From Chlorokybus atmophyticus (Eukaryota; Plantae; Mesostigma and Chlorokybus algae), in contig RHPI01002990.1 in the NCBI GenBank assembly GCA_009103225.1, positions 47,034-111,033 on the forward strand: a stretch of 64,000 nucleotides of DNA. Direction: 5' to 3'. Of this stretch, positions 24,881 to 37,598 are shown one piece after another. Under the pieces are notes generated by a model. It was not told the DNA's origin. It searched no databases and saw only the letters and a list, made by a program, of their open reading frames with translations. The first letter of the stretch is position 1. Every line of letters starts with the position of its first letter. Position numbers and translations under genes: made by a program.

Positions 24881-27735
24881 TGTCGGGCCTTGCAGGGTCG
24901 TGTGCTCCTTCGGATCGATCCCAGCTGTATTGCCACAATGGGGACTGTACCCAGTCCTGTGGATTGTCGGTTGGTGTGGTTGCATAGTGTGTAAGGCGAA
25001 GCATAACCCCCATGCATGTACTTACTTGTGTGTAAAACACATGTAATGATGATGCTAACATGCGATACGCGTTGATGCTGTGCTTGGCATGATGAAATGC
25101 GTTGTTGACAATGTCAAAAGAGAGCAAGTCAACAAGCCCCCTTGTAAACTAGGGAAGTCTCTGCTCCAATGAGCAGCCTTTAACGGGAATGAGGAGGACC
25201 GTGGACTCGGCAGTCTTTGCACCAGTATGCCTTTACAGGCACAGCGTCCTTCGGAAAATTGAGACAGTAGCAGTGCATACCGTTGTTATAGCCATTGCAC
25301 AACATCATGGGTGCGTTGTCGTCGGCGCTGCCACACTTTGCACGACGCTTGCTGCGGCTGGGCGGGGGGTGCTGAATGACGTCGAAACCTAATACATGTG
25401 GAAGGTGACATGGAGCACAGTTCTCCTTGTTGTCTTTGAGGCGCTCGCCATCATTGCCAAGCAGATCCAATACTGCAGAGGGAAGCACCTTCAGGACCTT
25501 TTTGATGACACGTTTAACACTAATGTTGAGGGTGTCCTTGATCATGCGGTAGACAGAGTCGCCCGCCTTGAAGCGGCGATTGCGCTGTCAATAGAATCCG
25601 CTGCAGACGCTTTCATAGCGCAGTGTGTCGCGATGCTGAGCAGTTCAAAGGTTGCCCATGGCCATTGAAATGACGTGCGCAAACAAGTAGGCGCGATGCT
25701 GCATGTCATGCAGCATAGCCACAGGGTTGTCGCGGTTGTCCAGCATACACTCCACTTCCTTCCGTGCCCGGAATGGAATAAGGGCTCTCTGCCGAACAGC
25801 AGTTGATGCGCACTGTACATGCGCAAGGAAGCTTGCTTGGACAGCCGATAGCCTAGTGCAATCCAGGGGAGGTAGTCATCTCAGGTGCGCTTTTCGTAGT
25901 CAATGACGAACTTGCGCAATGCCTTCTTGATGGTCTTAACAATGCGTTTTGCCATGCCTTCTGCCTATGGGTGGTCGCGTGAAGTGCAATGGTGGTCGAT
26001 GTAGGAGCGAGGTGTCGAACTTGCCGCTGAACTCTGCTCCTTGGTCAATTATGACTTCAGCACATGAGCCGAAACGAGTGAGCACATGGTCGAGGAAAGC
26101 CTGAGCGGTCCCTTTGCTGCATTTGTCGGAAAGGGGGACCAGCTCAACCCACTTGGAGAAGTGCTCAATCATGACATAGATGCACTTGTTGCCACGAGAC
26201 GAGGGTGTTAAACGTGTTAAACTTAAAGCATCTTCAATCCCCACCGGTAGAACATGCCAGCAATGGGTAACGGGTGCAAGGTGCTGGTGCGAGTGTTGAG
26301 GCTGGTACGCACAAGGTCGCAATGTTGGCAGTTTGCCATGAAGGTACGGATCTACGTGTGCATGCCATCCCACCGGTACTAGGGAATCACCAAGCCATAG
26401 CTAATGGTGCGCTTGACACCGAAGTGTCCTGGCTCTTAGTGGAGTGCAGAGATGGTGCCCTCGCGCCGGTGCGGAGCAGGAACCTCCTTGCCGTGAACGT
26501 GGCAATGTCCATGTTGTAAATAGGCCATGAAGTTCTTATTCAGCCAGATGTCTTGACGTAAGTTTACAGCTAAAAGTTGGCCATTATCTGGTGTGACTTG
26601 CTTTGGTGTATTTGTGTTGACAGGGATGAGCGCTGGAATCATCTATGATTCCAGTATTGTCGGCGCTGCTCCCGTGATGGTGTCTCGTTTAAAGCGTAGT
26701 GCAGCTACGGCGAACATGGTGGCCACCTGTTGGTGCTGGTGGCCTTAGGTCATGGCGAGCACTAATGGCGTTATTGGTGGAGGGGTGGGGGTTGCATTTG
26801 AGGCCGTCGGCGTCCAGGTTGGCTGCGCCCGCACGGTGTGTGATCTCGAAATTGTTCTCTTATAGCAAGGCCCACCTGGCCAACTTGCCAGTTAGGTGCT
26901 GGTTGGTCATCAGCCAGTGCAGGGGTCAGTAATTAATGAAAACTGTCTCTCAAATCGGAAGGGTCTGAAGAAGGAAATGGCCCATACTGCTGCAAGGCAT
27001 TCGCTTTCATATGCTGCTATAGTTGGCTTCAGCGCTGTTGTTGCTGCGGCTGGCGTAGAACACCACCCGTTCCTTCTTGTTGTTGTCGTGATGGACCAGG
27101 ACAGCACCCGTGCCGAGCTTGCTCAAATCAGTGTGGAGTACAAAAGGCTGGGTGTAGACTGGTCGCTGCAGAATGGGGGCTGAGGTAAGCCTTTGCTTCA
27201 GCTCTTTAAAGGCCTGTTGCTGAACCTCGCAACCTTGGTGAAGTCCTTAACAAACCTGCGGTAGTAGTTGGCAAGGCCAAAGAATGCACGCAGCCGGGTC
27301 AGATCGGTTGGGGCTTGGATAGATGCCAAGGCCTCCACCTTGGCCTACTCAACGTATATGCTGTTGAGTACGATCATGTGGCGGAGGTAGGGGACCTTGT
27401 GGGTGAAGAAGGTGCACTTGTCGGAGTGCACAATCCCCCCTACTAACTGAACTCTCCTCAGCACCTCCTCGATGTGGAGAAGATGCTCCTCTGCCGTGTG
27501 GCTGAAGATCAGGATGTTGTCGATATAGCAACGCGCAAAGGAGCAGCTCTTCAACGCCTTGTCCATCACGCGGTGGAACTTTGCTGACGCGTTCTTTAAT
27601 CCGAAAGGCATGATCTTCAAGTGGTAGAGCTGCCGATTGCCCAAAAATGCCGTCTTGTGCTTGTCTGCGGGCTTGATCTCCATCTGGTCGTACCCTTGCG
27701 TGACGCATGTCCAATGATGCTGAACACATTGCACG

Positions 27736-29134
27736 CGAGATCTCCTCGTGGGCAGCTTGGCCTTCAACACCTTTAATGCCAACTCCTTGCGTACTTATGC
27801 GTGACGAACTCCCACGCCATCCTTTGCTTCCAATCACCTTGAAGACACTTCCCGCACCTCTCATAAGCGCCTCCTAGAAGCTCTTCACTTGCAAACTCTT
27901 GTTGCAACTGTCATGGACATTTGCATGTGCTCATTCTAGGCAACGTCCTGCACAACATCAACGCAATGCTTCCTCTCCTTTCTCATTGACAATGGTGGTC
28001 ATCTTTGCTGTCTCTTGCATGTGCTCTCATGCTCGCCTTCGGCACGCCTGCATTATATGCACAGCAACGTTTCCACTCCTCTTCCTTCTTATGCTCCTTG
28101 CCAATGTCAGCTTCCGTTGACTCAGATCTTCTCTTTTCAGTGACATTATGAGTAACCTCCACACCTTGCGAACACAGGTCGCCACTGCGAACTCTCGTCG
28201 CGGTGAAACCCTTAGCCTCGTGGAATCCTCCACCTTCATACTTGCAAACGCTCACGCCGCCCTTGAAAAACTCCAGCAGTGTGGAAACCTCCACCTATAC
28301 ACTTGCAACACTCCCGTCGCTTGTGCCACGTTTTCCGCGCCCTTCCTTTCAAAGTTACATGAACGCCACACCTCTAGGCCTTCCTCGTGCTTCTTCACTA
28401 GCCTTCACTTGCAGTCACCGAAGGACCTTTGTATCCACCGTTAGTACTGCCTTCAAGCCTTCTCATGCTTCTTTCACCGATCATACCACTCCTCTATCAA
28501 CACCACTGTGATAGTTTAGCAACATTCTCATCCTTCAAGTTGTACTTGTTCACATCCAAAGGCTCCACGGTACACTTGTCGTAGTTGGTTGCCATCTTCC
28601 TGGACTCACCCAACTTGACAAGACTCAGCTCGAACTCCCGCCTAGCCTACTACCGCAATCATGCCTTTAGACAATTGATAGACCAGCGTAGTGGGGGACC
28701 ATAACCTGTTGAGCTTCAAACACTATTGACCACGCCTGGAGTTGGTGCAAGCACACACTCTCTACTAGAGCATACACACAAGGCTGATAAAAAGGCCCAA
28801 GGATTACAACAAAGTCATACCGCGGGCTTTTACCCCGCCACTTCTGCACCTGTCTACGCAAAAAGCCACCACGACTTCTACACTCAACTTATTCATGCAC
28901 TTTAGCTTGCTCCATGTAGCCACTTTCAAGATTTTTCCAACAAGCTATAACACGCGCCATACAATGACGTAAGCACTGAGCTACAAGACGTCTATGGCCA
29001 CGCCTAAAACCTTCCAGACTTGAGACTCATGTCCGCGCCTAAACCCTTCTCGACTAGAACCTTCCCGCGCCTAAATCTTCTCGCGGCTATTCTTATTTAC
29101 AGGGCAAGCTGACCGAATACAAAAATCCTCAACA
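27736..29134 (-). mobile_element. Short non-autonomous Ty1/copia derivative with one LTR (28707-29134) and 5-bp TSD GCACG
   Basis: On the minus strand the LTR TGTTGAGG...CTCAACA is followed by the PBS GGTTATGGTCCC and a gag start MATNYDKCTVEPLDVNKY. The 3' end resembles the pre-LTR tract of the + strand copia (AAGGCCAAGCTGCCCACG), but the 3' LTR is missing. GCACG lies at 27731-27735 and 29135-29139. Confidence 0.8.
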
Positions 29135-29252
29135 GCACGAGCTGATGTTGACGATGCCCTCTGCGGTTGGCTTCGGGTACCGTTCTTGCGTGGTCTTGTT
29201 GTTGAGTGGGTGATAGTCCCCATACATACGCCGTTCTGTACAGTTGCCCTTA

Positions 29253-32200
29253 TATTGAGGATATTCCTACATCCAAACGGTGTGCTTGCCCTCTGTATAG
29301 AACTAGCCGTCAGAAGGTTCTCGGCGACTCGAGACGAGCGGTCCATGCGCGAGAAGGTTACAGGCGCGTCAGCGAGTCCGGTGTCCGGAGACTTCAAGGC
29401 GCTGTAGTAGTATGATTGTATCTCAGTGGTTACTTGACTATTTGGCGTGTGCATAGCTTGTCGGAAAGCTTATAAAGCTAGCTACGTAGCGCGGCTTAAA
29501 GCGCAGGCTATGGTCAAGTGCACTAGATGTAGTAGCCTCCAGAGTAGAAGCATGTGTAGCTGGCGGGTATAAGAGCAAACTTAGACACTTTTTTAAAACT
29601 CTCATATTGGTGTAGAGTCGCTATTCACGATGTAGCATGTGCGTATGCTAAGATTTTGTAGTGCATCGTGTCTTTTACATTGGTGTTTTTGTGGTGTGCA
29701 CACTTGTGTATGCGTATGCTTCTCATCGTCCATCCCAACATGTTATGGGCCCACACATGCTTGTGTAGGTTGTAGTGAGTTGATTCGTGTGAGTAGGTGT
29801 GGATGCTTTGTGTGTATTATGTTGCAAGGTCTGCGAGTAGCAGAGGGGCAACGAAGGTCACAAACATGAACGGCATCAAGTTCACAATCGACCCACTGAA
29901 TGTTGACAACTACAATACCTTGAGCGTGAAGATGGAGCTGCTATTAGCCCATAAAGAGTTGTGGAAGTATGTAGACCCGAAGGAGATTGTTCCCGTTGGT
30001 GAGGCGAGTGTTTAGGCGTCTACAAAAGGAAGGCTCTGGCGCTGATTGGCTTGCACATGGCGGACCATCCTGGTGTCAATGGGGGAGTGCAAGGATGCAA
30101 GGGAGCTTTGGACGAAGCTTGAGAACCACTTCAAGGCGCATAACATGGCGAGGAAACTGCAGCTGAGGCAGGAGCTCAACTCGTTGCGCAAGGAGAGCGG
30201 TGAGGCCATTGTCAAGTTCATGGCGCGCGAAAAGGCGTTGTGGAGAGACTTGCTTAACGTTATCAATGAGCTCAAGGAGGTGGAGATTGTTTGGGCTGTG
30301 CGCTTAGGTTTGCCCCAGGAGTATAGGGTTGTTGTCACTATCTTGGAGTCGTTAACAGAGGACTTTACGTTGGATGGGGTGACACCACGGCTTCTTCAAC
30401 AGAAGCAATGCTCGAGGAAAGAGGATGAAGTAGAGAACGGAGCTGAACCCTGCGGTGTGGCGTTCGCGAATTCATTGAGGCATGCACATGAGAAGAAGGG
30501 CGCTCGAGGCAGTAATGTGGAGTGTTGGCATTGCGGGGAGCGTGGTCGTGTGAGGAGCATGTGTCTTAAGTGGAAGAGAATCAGGGCTGATGGTGAGGAG
30601 CGGGTATGTGCTTTTTATGCATCTGATGAAGGAGCGGAGTATCCTGGGTGGGTGCTGGATTCGGGAGCGAGCAAGCATCTCACGAGCAATATGAGCAAGC
30701 TCATCAACCTCACTCCTTCAACCAAGCTAGTCACGGTGGACTTTGGGAACAAGAAGATGGATACTGTTGCAAAGGTAGACGCCAACCTCCCGTGCAAGGT
30801 TGGTGGTGTAGTGAAGAAGGTTGTGCTTAGAGATGTACTATATGTGCCAGGTGCAAATGCTAGTTTGTTCTACGTGTAGCAACAAGGGTTAGTGCTAGAG
30901 TTGTGTTCGTTGCGGACAAGGCTATGATAGTATTTGGGGGCGTCACACATATAGTAGGCATCAACAAGGGCGGACTCTATTACGTTGAGGAGGACAAGAC
31001 GCACAAGGATGTTGCAGCGACAAAGGTGGTTGAGAAGGGTGCATTCAAGACACCACAAGGTCAAGGCAACAAGGAGGCACAGAAGATTGCTGTGAAGCGG
31101 ACGAGCTCGGAGCTTATGGGAGCTGCAAGGAGCTATAAGCAAGTGGTGGAAAGCAAGGTGGCTAAGGAAAAGCCAAGAGCTATTACTAGGGTTGGAGTTG
31201 CTATCTCAGGAAGAGAGGTGCAGCAGGCGCAAGGCGGCAGCAAGCATGTGCAGCAAAAGAGCTAGGGGTTGAAGGTCAACCGGGAGGCTCAAGTTGTTGA
31301 GGAGGACAAGTACTTCAAGGCGAACCGATTCCAAGGGCTTATGGGGACACATGGTGGAGGAGGTGGAGCAAGAAGAGAAGGTGAAAGGCTTCTTGGCGAT
31401 CGCGAACAAGAAGAGGAGCAAGGCTAGTATGAGAGCTAGCGGCACATGAGCTACAAAGGCGAAGGTGTGAAGGCCGAGCTGCCCACGTGGGAGTGTTAAG
31501 GATCTTCCTACATTTAGGTCAGCCGGTCAACTTGCCCTCTGCATAGAAATAGCAGCTAAAAGGTTCCAGGCGACTCAAGTCGAGAGGTCCAGGTGCTGTA
31601 GTATAATGATTGTATGTCGATGGTTACTTGACTATTTAGCGTGTGATGTAGCTTGTTGAAAAGATTTTTAAGCTAGCTACGTGGAGCAACTTAAAGCTTA
31701 AGTTATGGTTGAGTGTGCTAGATGCAGTAGCTTCTAGAGTAGAAGCATGTGTAGATGGCGGGTATAAACCCATGAACATGATGGCAATAGATGGTCTTGT
31801 ATGGTCTCCTGACGCTGGTGATGTGGCGTGCACTTGTGCATGTATGCTTGTCATCGTCCATCTCAACAGGCATTGAAGATTGCTGTGAAGCGGTTGAGCT
31901 CGGAGCCCGTGGGAGCTGCAAGGAGCTATAAGCAAGTGGTGGAAAGCAAGGTGGTTAAGGAAAAGCCAAGAGCTATTACTAGGGTTGGAGTCGCTATCTC
32001 AGGAAGAGAGGTGCAGCAGGCGCAGGGCGGCAGCAAGCATGTGCAGCAAAAGAGCAAGGGGTTAAAGGTCAACCGGGAGGCACAAGTTGCTGAGGAGGAC
32101 ATGTACTTCAAGGCGAATTAATTCCAAGTGCTTATGTACCGCTAACATGAGTGCTAGCGGTACATGAGCTACAAAGGCGAAGATGTGAAGCCCAAGCTGC

Positions 32201-32699
32201 CCGCGTGGGAATGTTAAGGATATGCTTACATCCATACGGTCAGCCTGCCCTCAACGTAGGAATAGCCGCTAGAAGGTTTCAGGCGACTCAAGCCGAGAGG
32301 TCCAGGTGCGAGAAGGTTCCAGGCGAGTCTGCGAGTCCGAAATGTAAAGACCTTTAGGCGCTGTACCGTGATTGTATCTCAATAGTTACTTAAATATTTA
32401 GCGTGTACTAAAGCTTGTTGAAAAGCTCTTGAAGCTAGCTACGTGGCGCAACTTAGAGCGCAAGTTATGGTTGAGTGTGCTAGATACAGTAGCTTTCAGA
32501 GTAGAAGCATGTGTAGCTGGCGGGCATAAAGGCCCGGACTTGTAAACTCTGTAAAACTCTCATGTTGGTGTAGACGTCGCTAGTCACGATGTAGCATGTG
32601 CGTATGCTAAGGTCCTGTAGTGCATCGTTTCTTTGACGTTGGTGTTGTTGTGGTGTGCACACTTGCTTATGTGTGCTTCTCTCATCGTCCATCTCAACA
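29253..32699 (+). mobile_element. Non-autonomous Ty1/copia element: gag and protease only, three LTRs (29253-29740, 31494-31868, 32212-32699)
   Basis: The LTRs start T(G/A)TT(A/G)AGGAT and end CAACA. The PBS TGTTATGGGCCCA is at 29741-29753. Copia gag ARELWTKLE...ARKLQLRQELNSLRK, knuckle CWHCGERG and protease WVLDSGASKH...LRDVLYVPG are present, but no integrase, RT or RNase H. The 3' internal segment plus LTR is tandemly duplicated. The flanks CCTTA/CCTCC are at best a decayed TSD, but the host RT frame continues across the insertion. Confidence 0.88.
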
Positions 32700-33209
32700 C
32701 CTCCAAGTCCTTCCTTAGGGCATGACTGTGTGGCGGCGGCGAAGTTGGTTGTGGACTCGTCGATAAATCCTGCTTTTAGTAAAGCTTGGCACCGCTGTTC
32801 CACCAAGTCTTCTTCCGACTTGAACAGCTTGTACTGCCTTTTTAACACTGGTTCTTTGTTGATGAGGTCAATGTCCATTTGATAGATTGAGCAATTGCCA
32901 AACTTCTTAACATTGAAGCTAAACTGAGCCTCCATCTGTTGAGAAGAGTCTCCAATTGCTCCTTCACAGGCCCTATAGCCAAGGGTTCCATAGCATGATC
33001 ATATGACGTGGCTATCGCCTTCACAGATGTCCTCCACTGTGACTGCTGCCTGCTCCTCCATGCACGAAATCTTCAAAGTGGTGTGGGCCACGACAGTGTT
33101 GGAGCAATTGACCCACCCCCCATACAAGTGATCGAGATCTTTAACAGATACCTGTCGTTCTTAAATGGCGATGCATATCTCCAGCAATCAGACCATACTA
33201 TTTCGGTCC

Positions 33210-34345
33210 ATGGCGCAGCTTAATGGTTGCCTCTATTGGCTGTTCATCAGCAAAAAGCCGGTGATGCTGCCTCAAAAGAAACCCATGGCGCGTTTGTATT
33301 CGCGTGCGTTGGGTTTGTCCAGCCGGCCCGTGTTGCTGTCTAAACCATGCCGTCCCCGCCATTTTAAAAGGCATATGAGCCTGAGTACAAGACCCGAGTG
33401 GGTAAAGCACGTGGTTCTCCTGATTGGTTGCACTGATGGAAATGTTAGTGATCGTGGCGTGTGACTGGCTGCAACGCCCTGTCAGTGTCGAGGATGTCAT
33501 CCATGACCAAGCTTTTGGGCCGGGAAATGAGGAAGTGCGCAGCTGCTATTAGTTCTACTAATAGCAGCTGCGCACTTCCTCATTTCCATAGCGGCGAGGT
33601 TTGTCTACTTGGCGCGGACGCGCTGAGCACGTGATCCATGGTGTGAGCGTCCATTTGAATTGAATGTACAAGGATGGAGCACACCACGCGATAGCTGTGC
33701 TGCACATGTAGGCGACGATTATCACTTATCTACGGAGTGGACATTCACAATGATATATGCCAGGGGGTGTTGAATCTGCAAGTGCTGCAGCAGGTGGTTG
33801 ACCCCCAACAACTCCAAAAAGAGTGTACAGCGCGGATCGTCCAACCCACGGCATGTGCCGGCCTCGGAATGACCCTGGCACTCCCATCGATCAGCAGCTC
33901 AATATTGCCCAAGGCAATGAGATGATCAGCAGATATAAGGCGGATGTCTTTAAGCAGAGCCTCTTAACTTTCACGCAATGTAGACAGCGGCATGTCGGGT
34001 CGAGGGGAGTCGAGGGTCACACTGTCTTGGGCCGCTGCAGGGAAAGTCATGCTTGCTAGCCCTGCTGCTGCAACATGTTATAGCATGTAGCAAAAGTAAA
34101 AGATAACCCCGCTTGTATGGCGAGGAGTGCTTAGTGGAGCTGCTCCGTATGTGTGGGCATTAGGCATGACAGGCAGGATGTGCAAAGAACGCGAATGCGG
34201 CTGACGAAGATGATGGCAAACTGCAGTCTGAGCATGTGGATAAAGGTTACAGTAGTAATAATGTGTTACCTTGCCACCGGTGTTGCAAAGGGCCTCCAAG
34301 CCGCTTTCAATCCCGCCGAGCAGCCTCAGCAAGGTGCCTTGTTGG
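33210..34345 (-). pseudogene. C5-cytosine methyltransferase domain of the second gypsy copy, split by a solo LTR
   Basis: Motif I LLRLLGGIESGL, motif IV NIELLI..WECQGHSEAG (~33870-33900), VNVHS, HVLSASAPSR (frameshifted RAHRVRAK), motif IX DKPNAREYK and motif X-like RQPLSCAMD. Confidence 0.8.
33993..34171 (-). mobile_element. 179-bp solo LTR related to the DNMT/PHD gypsy 3' LTR, 4-bp TSD GGCA
   Basis: Ends are TGTC...GACA. GGCA lies at 33989-33992 and 34172-34175, and removing the LTR restores CCTGCCGCTGTCTACATTGCG as at ~18780. About 155 bp are similar to 43091-43245. Confidence 0.85.
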
Positions 34346-36341
34346 CGTTGCGCTGCACCAAAGTCCACGACTCTGGTGGCGACGGTGAATTGTTCTGCAA
34401 CACGAACATTCTCGTGGTCGTCTAAAATGCAAGTAGTGGGATTGCATGGTGGTTGTTGATCAACCATGTGAGTACTTGAGCCCAATCCCGGTGTTGTGAT
34501 GTGGTCGCAGCATCCCTCTGTGTGGCGCCTTCTAAACCTTGCTGTTGCAACATTCTTTGAAAGGCATTGTGCATCAGGCGTGTGTGCAACCGCTGCTCCC
34601 CATGCGTTTGCTGACAGGGCGATGAGGGTGTGCTCCTTGTTTAAGATACCCCTTCCATAGTTGGCGCTGATTTGCTGGCCAGTTATTGGTCATATTGACG
34701 TCGAGGGCAGCGATTGCCCCCTTGAGAAATCTGCTCAACGCCCTCGTATGAGGAAGCATGCTGCGCTCCCAGTCCTCGTCGGTTGGGTGCTGCGGTCTGT
34801 TCACTCAAATGTTGCCATAAGCTTCAGCGCGGGCGTCATTGATGACGACACTAGGTGGCGCTTTGTCAATGTCCCGCTGCAGATCCCCTTAGTTTTGCCC
34901 GCGGCGGCGGACCACGTATTCTTGGTGTTAATGAAAGTGACGAGCCTGATCTAGCGCGTAGAAGCGGCGACACTGCTCACGCCATGAGCACGTAGCCAAA
35001 TTTGGATCGCTGCCCAGCGAACGAGCAGCAAATGCTCTTAACAGTTGAACCACCTGCAAGTCTAGGTCGTCGAAGTGATCCAGGTTAGATGGCTCTTGAT
35101 TGGGTGAGGGCAGCATTGGGGGATGCTATGGAGCCAAGCAATGACGATTTAACATGTCCCAAAACATGGTGAGGGTCTCGGCGATGATGCGAAGGGTGCA
35201 GCAGTCGTGGCCCAGCTCCTGGCGGTGGAGAGGGCATTGTTTACACCATGTAGAATGGCATTCTCATCAATGCCACATAAACCGGTCCCCCCCAATGTGC
35301 GCAGGTGTGATGGGCATGTGTGTGGTGGACGTATTGGCTCACGCCTGAGCCAAAGGGAAAGAAGCTGCTGGCACCTCGGCTGCGGCGGTTGTGGACGAGG
35401 AGGGCCTTGCTCCTATGGTAGCCATGGTAGTCGTGGATGGTTTGGCCATGGTGGTTTTCAAGGCAGGCGTGCTGGCTTGGGTGGTAGCTACAGCGCGTGA
35501 TGGCTAAGCTGTAGTGTCATTAGCGGCGATGTTTGCTGCCAATGAGGTTGCTGCAGCAAACTCGGCATTAAATTATCTAGAGTCGTCCTCAATTGTCCAC
35601 CCCAAGTGCACAATCAACAAAAAATAAACACAATATATATATACACACATATATATATATATATTTATATATATATGTGTGACGGTGCTCGTGCCTTGTC
35701 ACCTGTGAGTTGGTCCAATCCACAACCCTCTCACCAAGACACGGTATTCACACCGGAACCTTGCCCCCTCTGCCAAGCACACACGCGCGCCTCGCCACTC
35801 GCGTACGCACGCGCATGCGCTCGAAGCTACACACCGACTTGTGTAGCGCCTTGGATCGTCACACAAGCAAGCACACCAGTGGACACATGCTAACAACCCC
35901 TTCTAGCCACCACCAAGCTTGCACATAAGAAACTAGGGAGCTAAAGGTTGTATTGCAAATTGTAGAATGTCTCTTTTATACCTACCAGTCTGCACATGCT
36001 ACTGTCTAGACGATTCTAGCGCTAGACGGACCTAGAAGCTAAGATATAATTAAAGAATCTTGTAGTACACTTCTAGACCTTTCCAACGCACCAAGATCTC
36101 CTAATTTGCTGCTCATATGGTCAAGTTATACTACTTGGCGCCAGGCCCTTCCAGAAATCTGGTCGAGCCCTTCTCGACTGGCCCTCCGTTTTCTGGCACC
36201 TTCCGGACTGGTCTTGGGGCCCCGGTCGATATCCGCGGCAGACTCATAACTCGCCGATATCCGCCACAAGTCATAAAAAACATGTACCTTACAAATAAGG
36301 CCTAAAACGGCCATGAAAATCACAAAATTTGGCCTTGACTG

Positions 36342-37598
36342 TTACACTCCTCCCCCCCCAGGTGAGCTTCGTCCTCGAAGCTCGCGAGGTTGTCGTCGAG
36401 CAAGATAGGCACGCACAACGTCTTGAGCATTAGTCAAGTGTGCCTCTGGCTCCCAGGATGCTTCATGCAACGGATAGCCCTTCCATTTCACTAAGAACTT
36501 GCGTACGCCATGCACAAACTTCTCACCAAGGATGTCTTCTACCTCCCACTCGGGTTCACCGTCCGTGCCAACTTCGGGGGGCGGCCTTTCTGGCGGTTGT
36601 CCTCGATATGCTTTCAGAAGGGAGACGTGAAAAACGGGGTGCACACGCATGGTGTCGGGTAGCTCCAGCTTGTACGCCACTTCCGAGACAACTTTGCTGA
36701 TCTTAAATGGTCCCAACCAGCGTTCATTCAGCTTGCAAACTCCCGTACGCACCTGTACGTGCTTCGCGGAGGGTAACACAATGTCGCATTCCTTAAACGT
36801 GAGGTGTCGGCGATGCGCGTCCGCGTACTGCTTCTGCCGATTTTGTGCCACCAATAGCGCCTCCCTAGCTGCCTTATTAATGTCCGCGCACTTTGTAAGG
36901 AAGTCATTGGTTGCCTCCACACGCACGTCATGTCGTCGCGGTGTCCATGCCGTCAACGGTGTCAATGGATGTTGCCCGTAGTTCATAAGGAAGGGAGTGA
37001 CACCTGTGCTTGCATTGTGGTGGTTGTTGATCGCAAACTCAACCAACTCAAGCAGCTCCTCCCAATTGTCTTGTCGCGCGTTAACGTAGCAACGCAGCAT
37101 GTCCTCGATCACACGGTTGGCCCGCTCCGTTTGCCCATCAGTTTGCGGGTGGAATGCCGTGCTAAACTTCAGTGTGGTACCCAGTGCACTATGCAGCGCC
37201 TCCCAAAACTTACTTGTAAAGCGCGGGTCGCGATCACTCACAATGCTTCGTGGTAATCCATGAGAACGAAACACATGCTTCACGAACAAGCGTGCTGCCT
37301 CCGGTGCCGTGCAAGACTCACTACACGGTGTCAAGCGTACCATTTTGCTGGTTTTGTCGACGAACACAAGTATAGCGTCGTACCCTTCTTTTGTCTTTGG
37401 TAGCCCCGTGATAAAGTCCATGGTAACTTGCTCCCACTTGGACAATGGCACAGGGAGAGGTTGCAGCAACCCACCTGGCTTTTGGTTGCTTGCCTTCACC
37501 CTTTGGCATGCGTCGCACAACGCCACGTAGTCGCGCACATCGCGATGCATCTCTCGCCAGTAAAAACGCTGCTTCAAGCTTGCCAAAGTGACCTCCAA
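36342..37598 (-). pseudogene. Integrase core and chromodomain part of pol, cut off from upstream pol by a frameshift
   Basis: Contains CDACQR, WEQVTMDFITGLP, SIVSDRDPRF, HPQTDGQTER, GPF, VHPVFHVSLLK and the chromodomain EWEVEDIL...FLVKWKGYPLHEASWEPEAHL. Confidence 0.95.

Larger units (their letters stand above)
24881..35567 (-). mobile_element. Second large copy of the DNMT/PHD Ty3/gypsy family, interrupted by two copia elements and a solo LTR
   Basis: Candidate 3' LTR ~24881-25134. PHD-like KCGSADDNAPMMLCNGYNNGMHCYCL...YWCKDC (~25200-25345), integrase (IEHFSKWVELVPL, VIIDQGAEF), RNase H and RT (IMPFGLKNA, CYIDN). RT continues across the copia insertions at 29135-29252 and 32700-32935, and DNMT lies at 33210-34345. 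Confidence 0.85.

Noticed and set aside
36117-36305. 62-aa ORF MVKLYYLAPG... repeated at 41487 and 60408, and the recurring MSPVSWS.../MVQSTT... ORFs
   Set aside because: They lie within LTR copies, so recurrence reflects LTR identity and not protein conservation.
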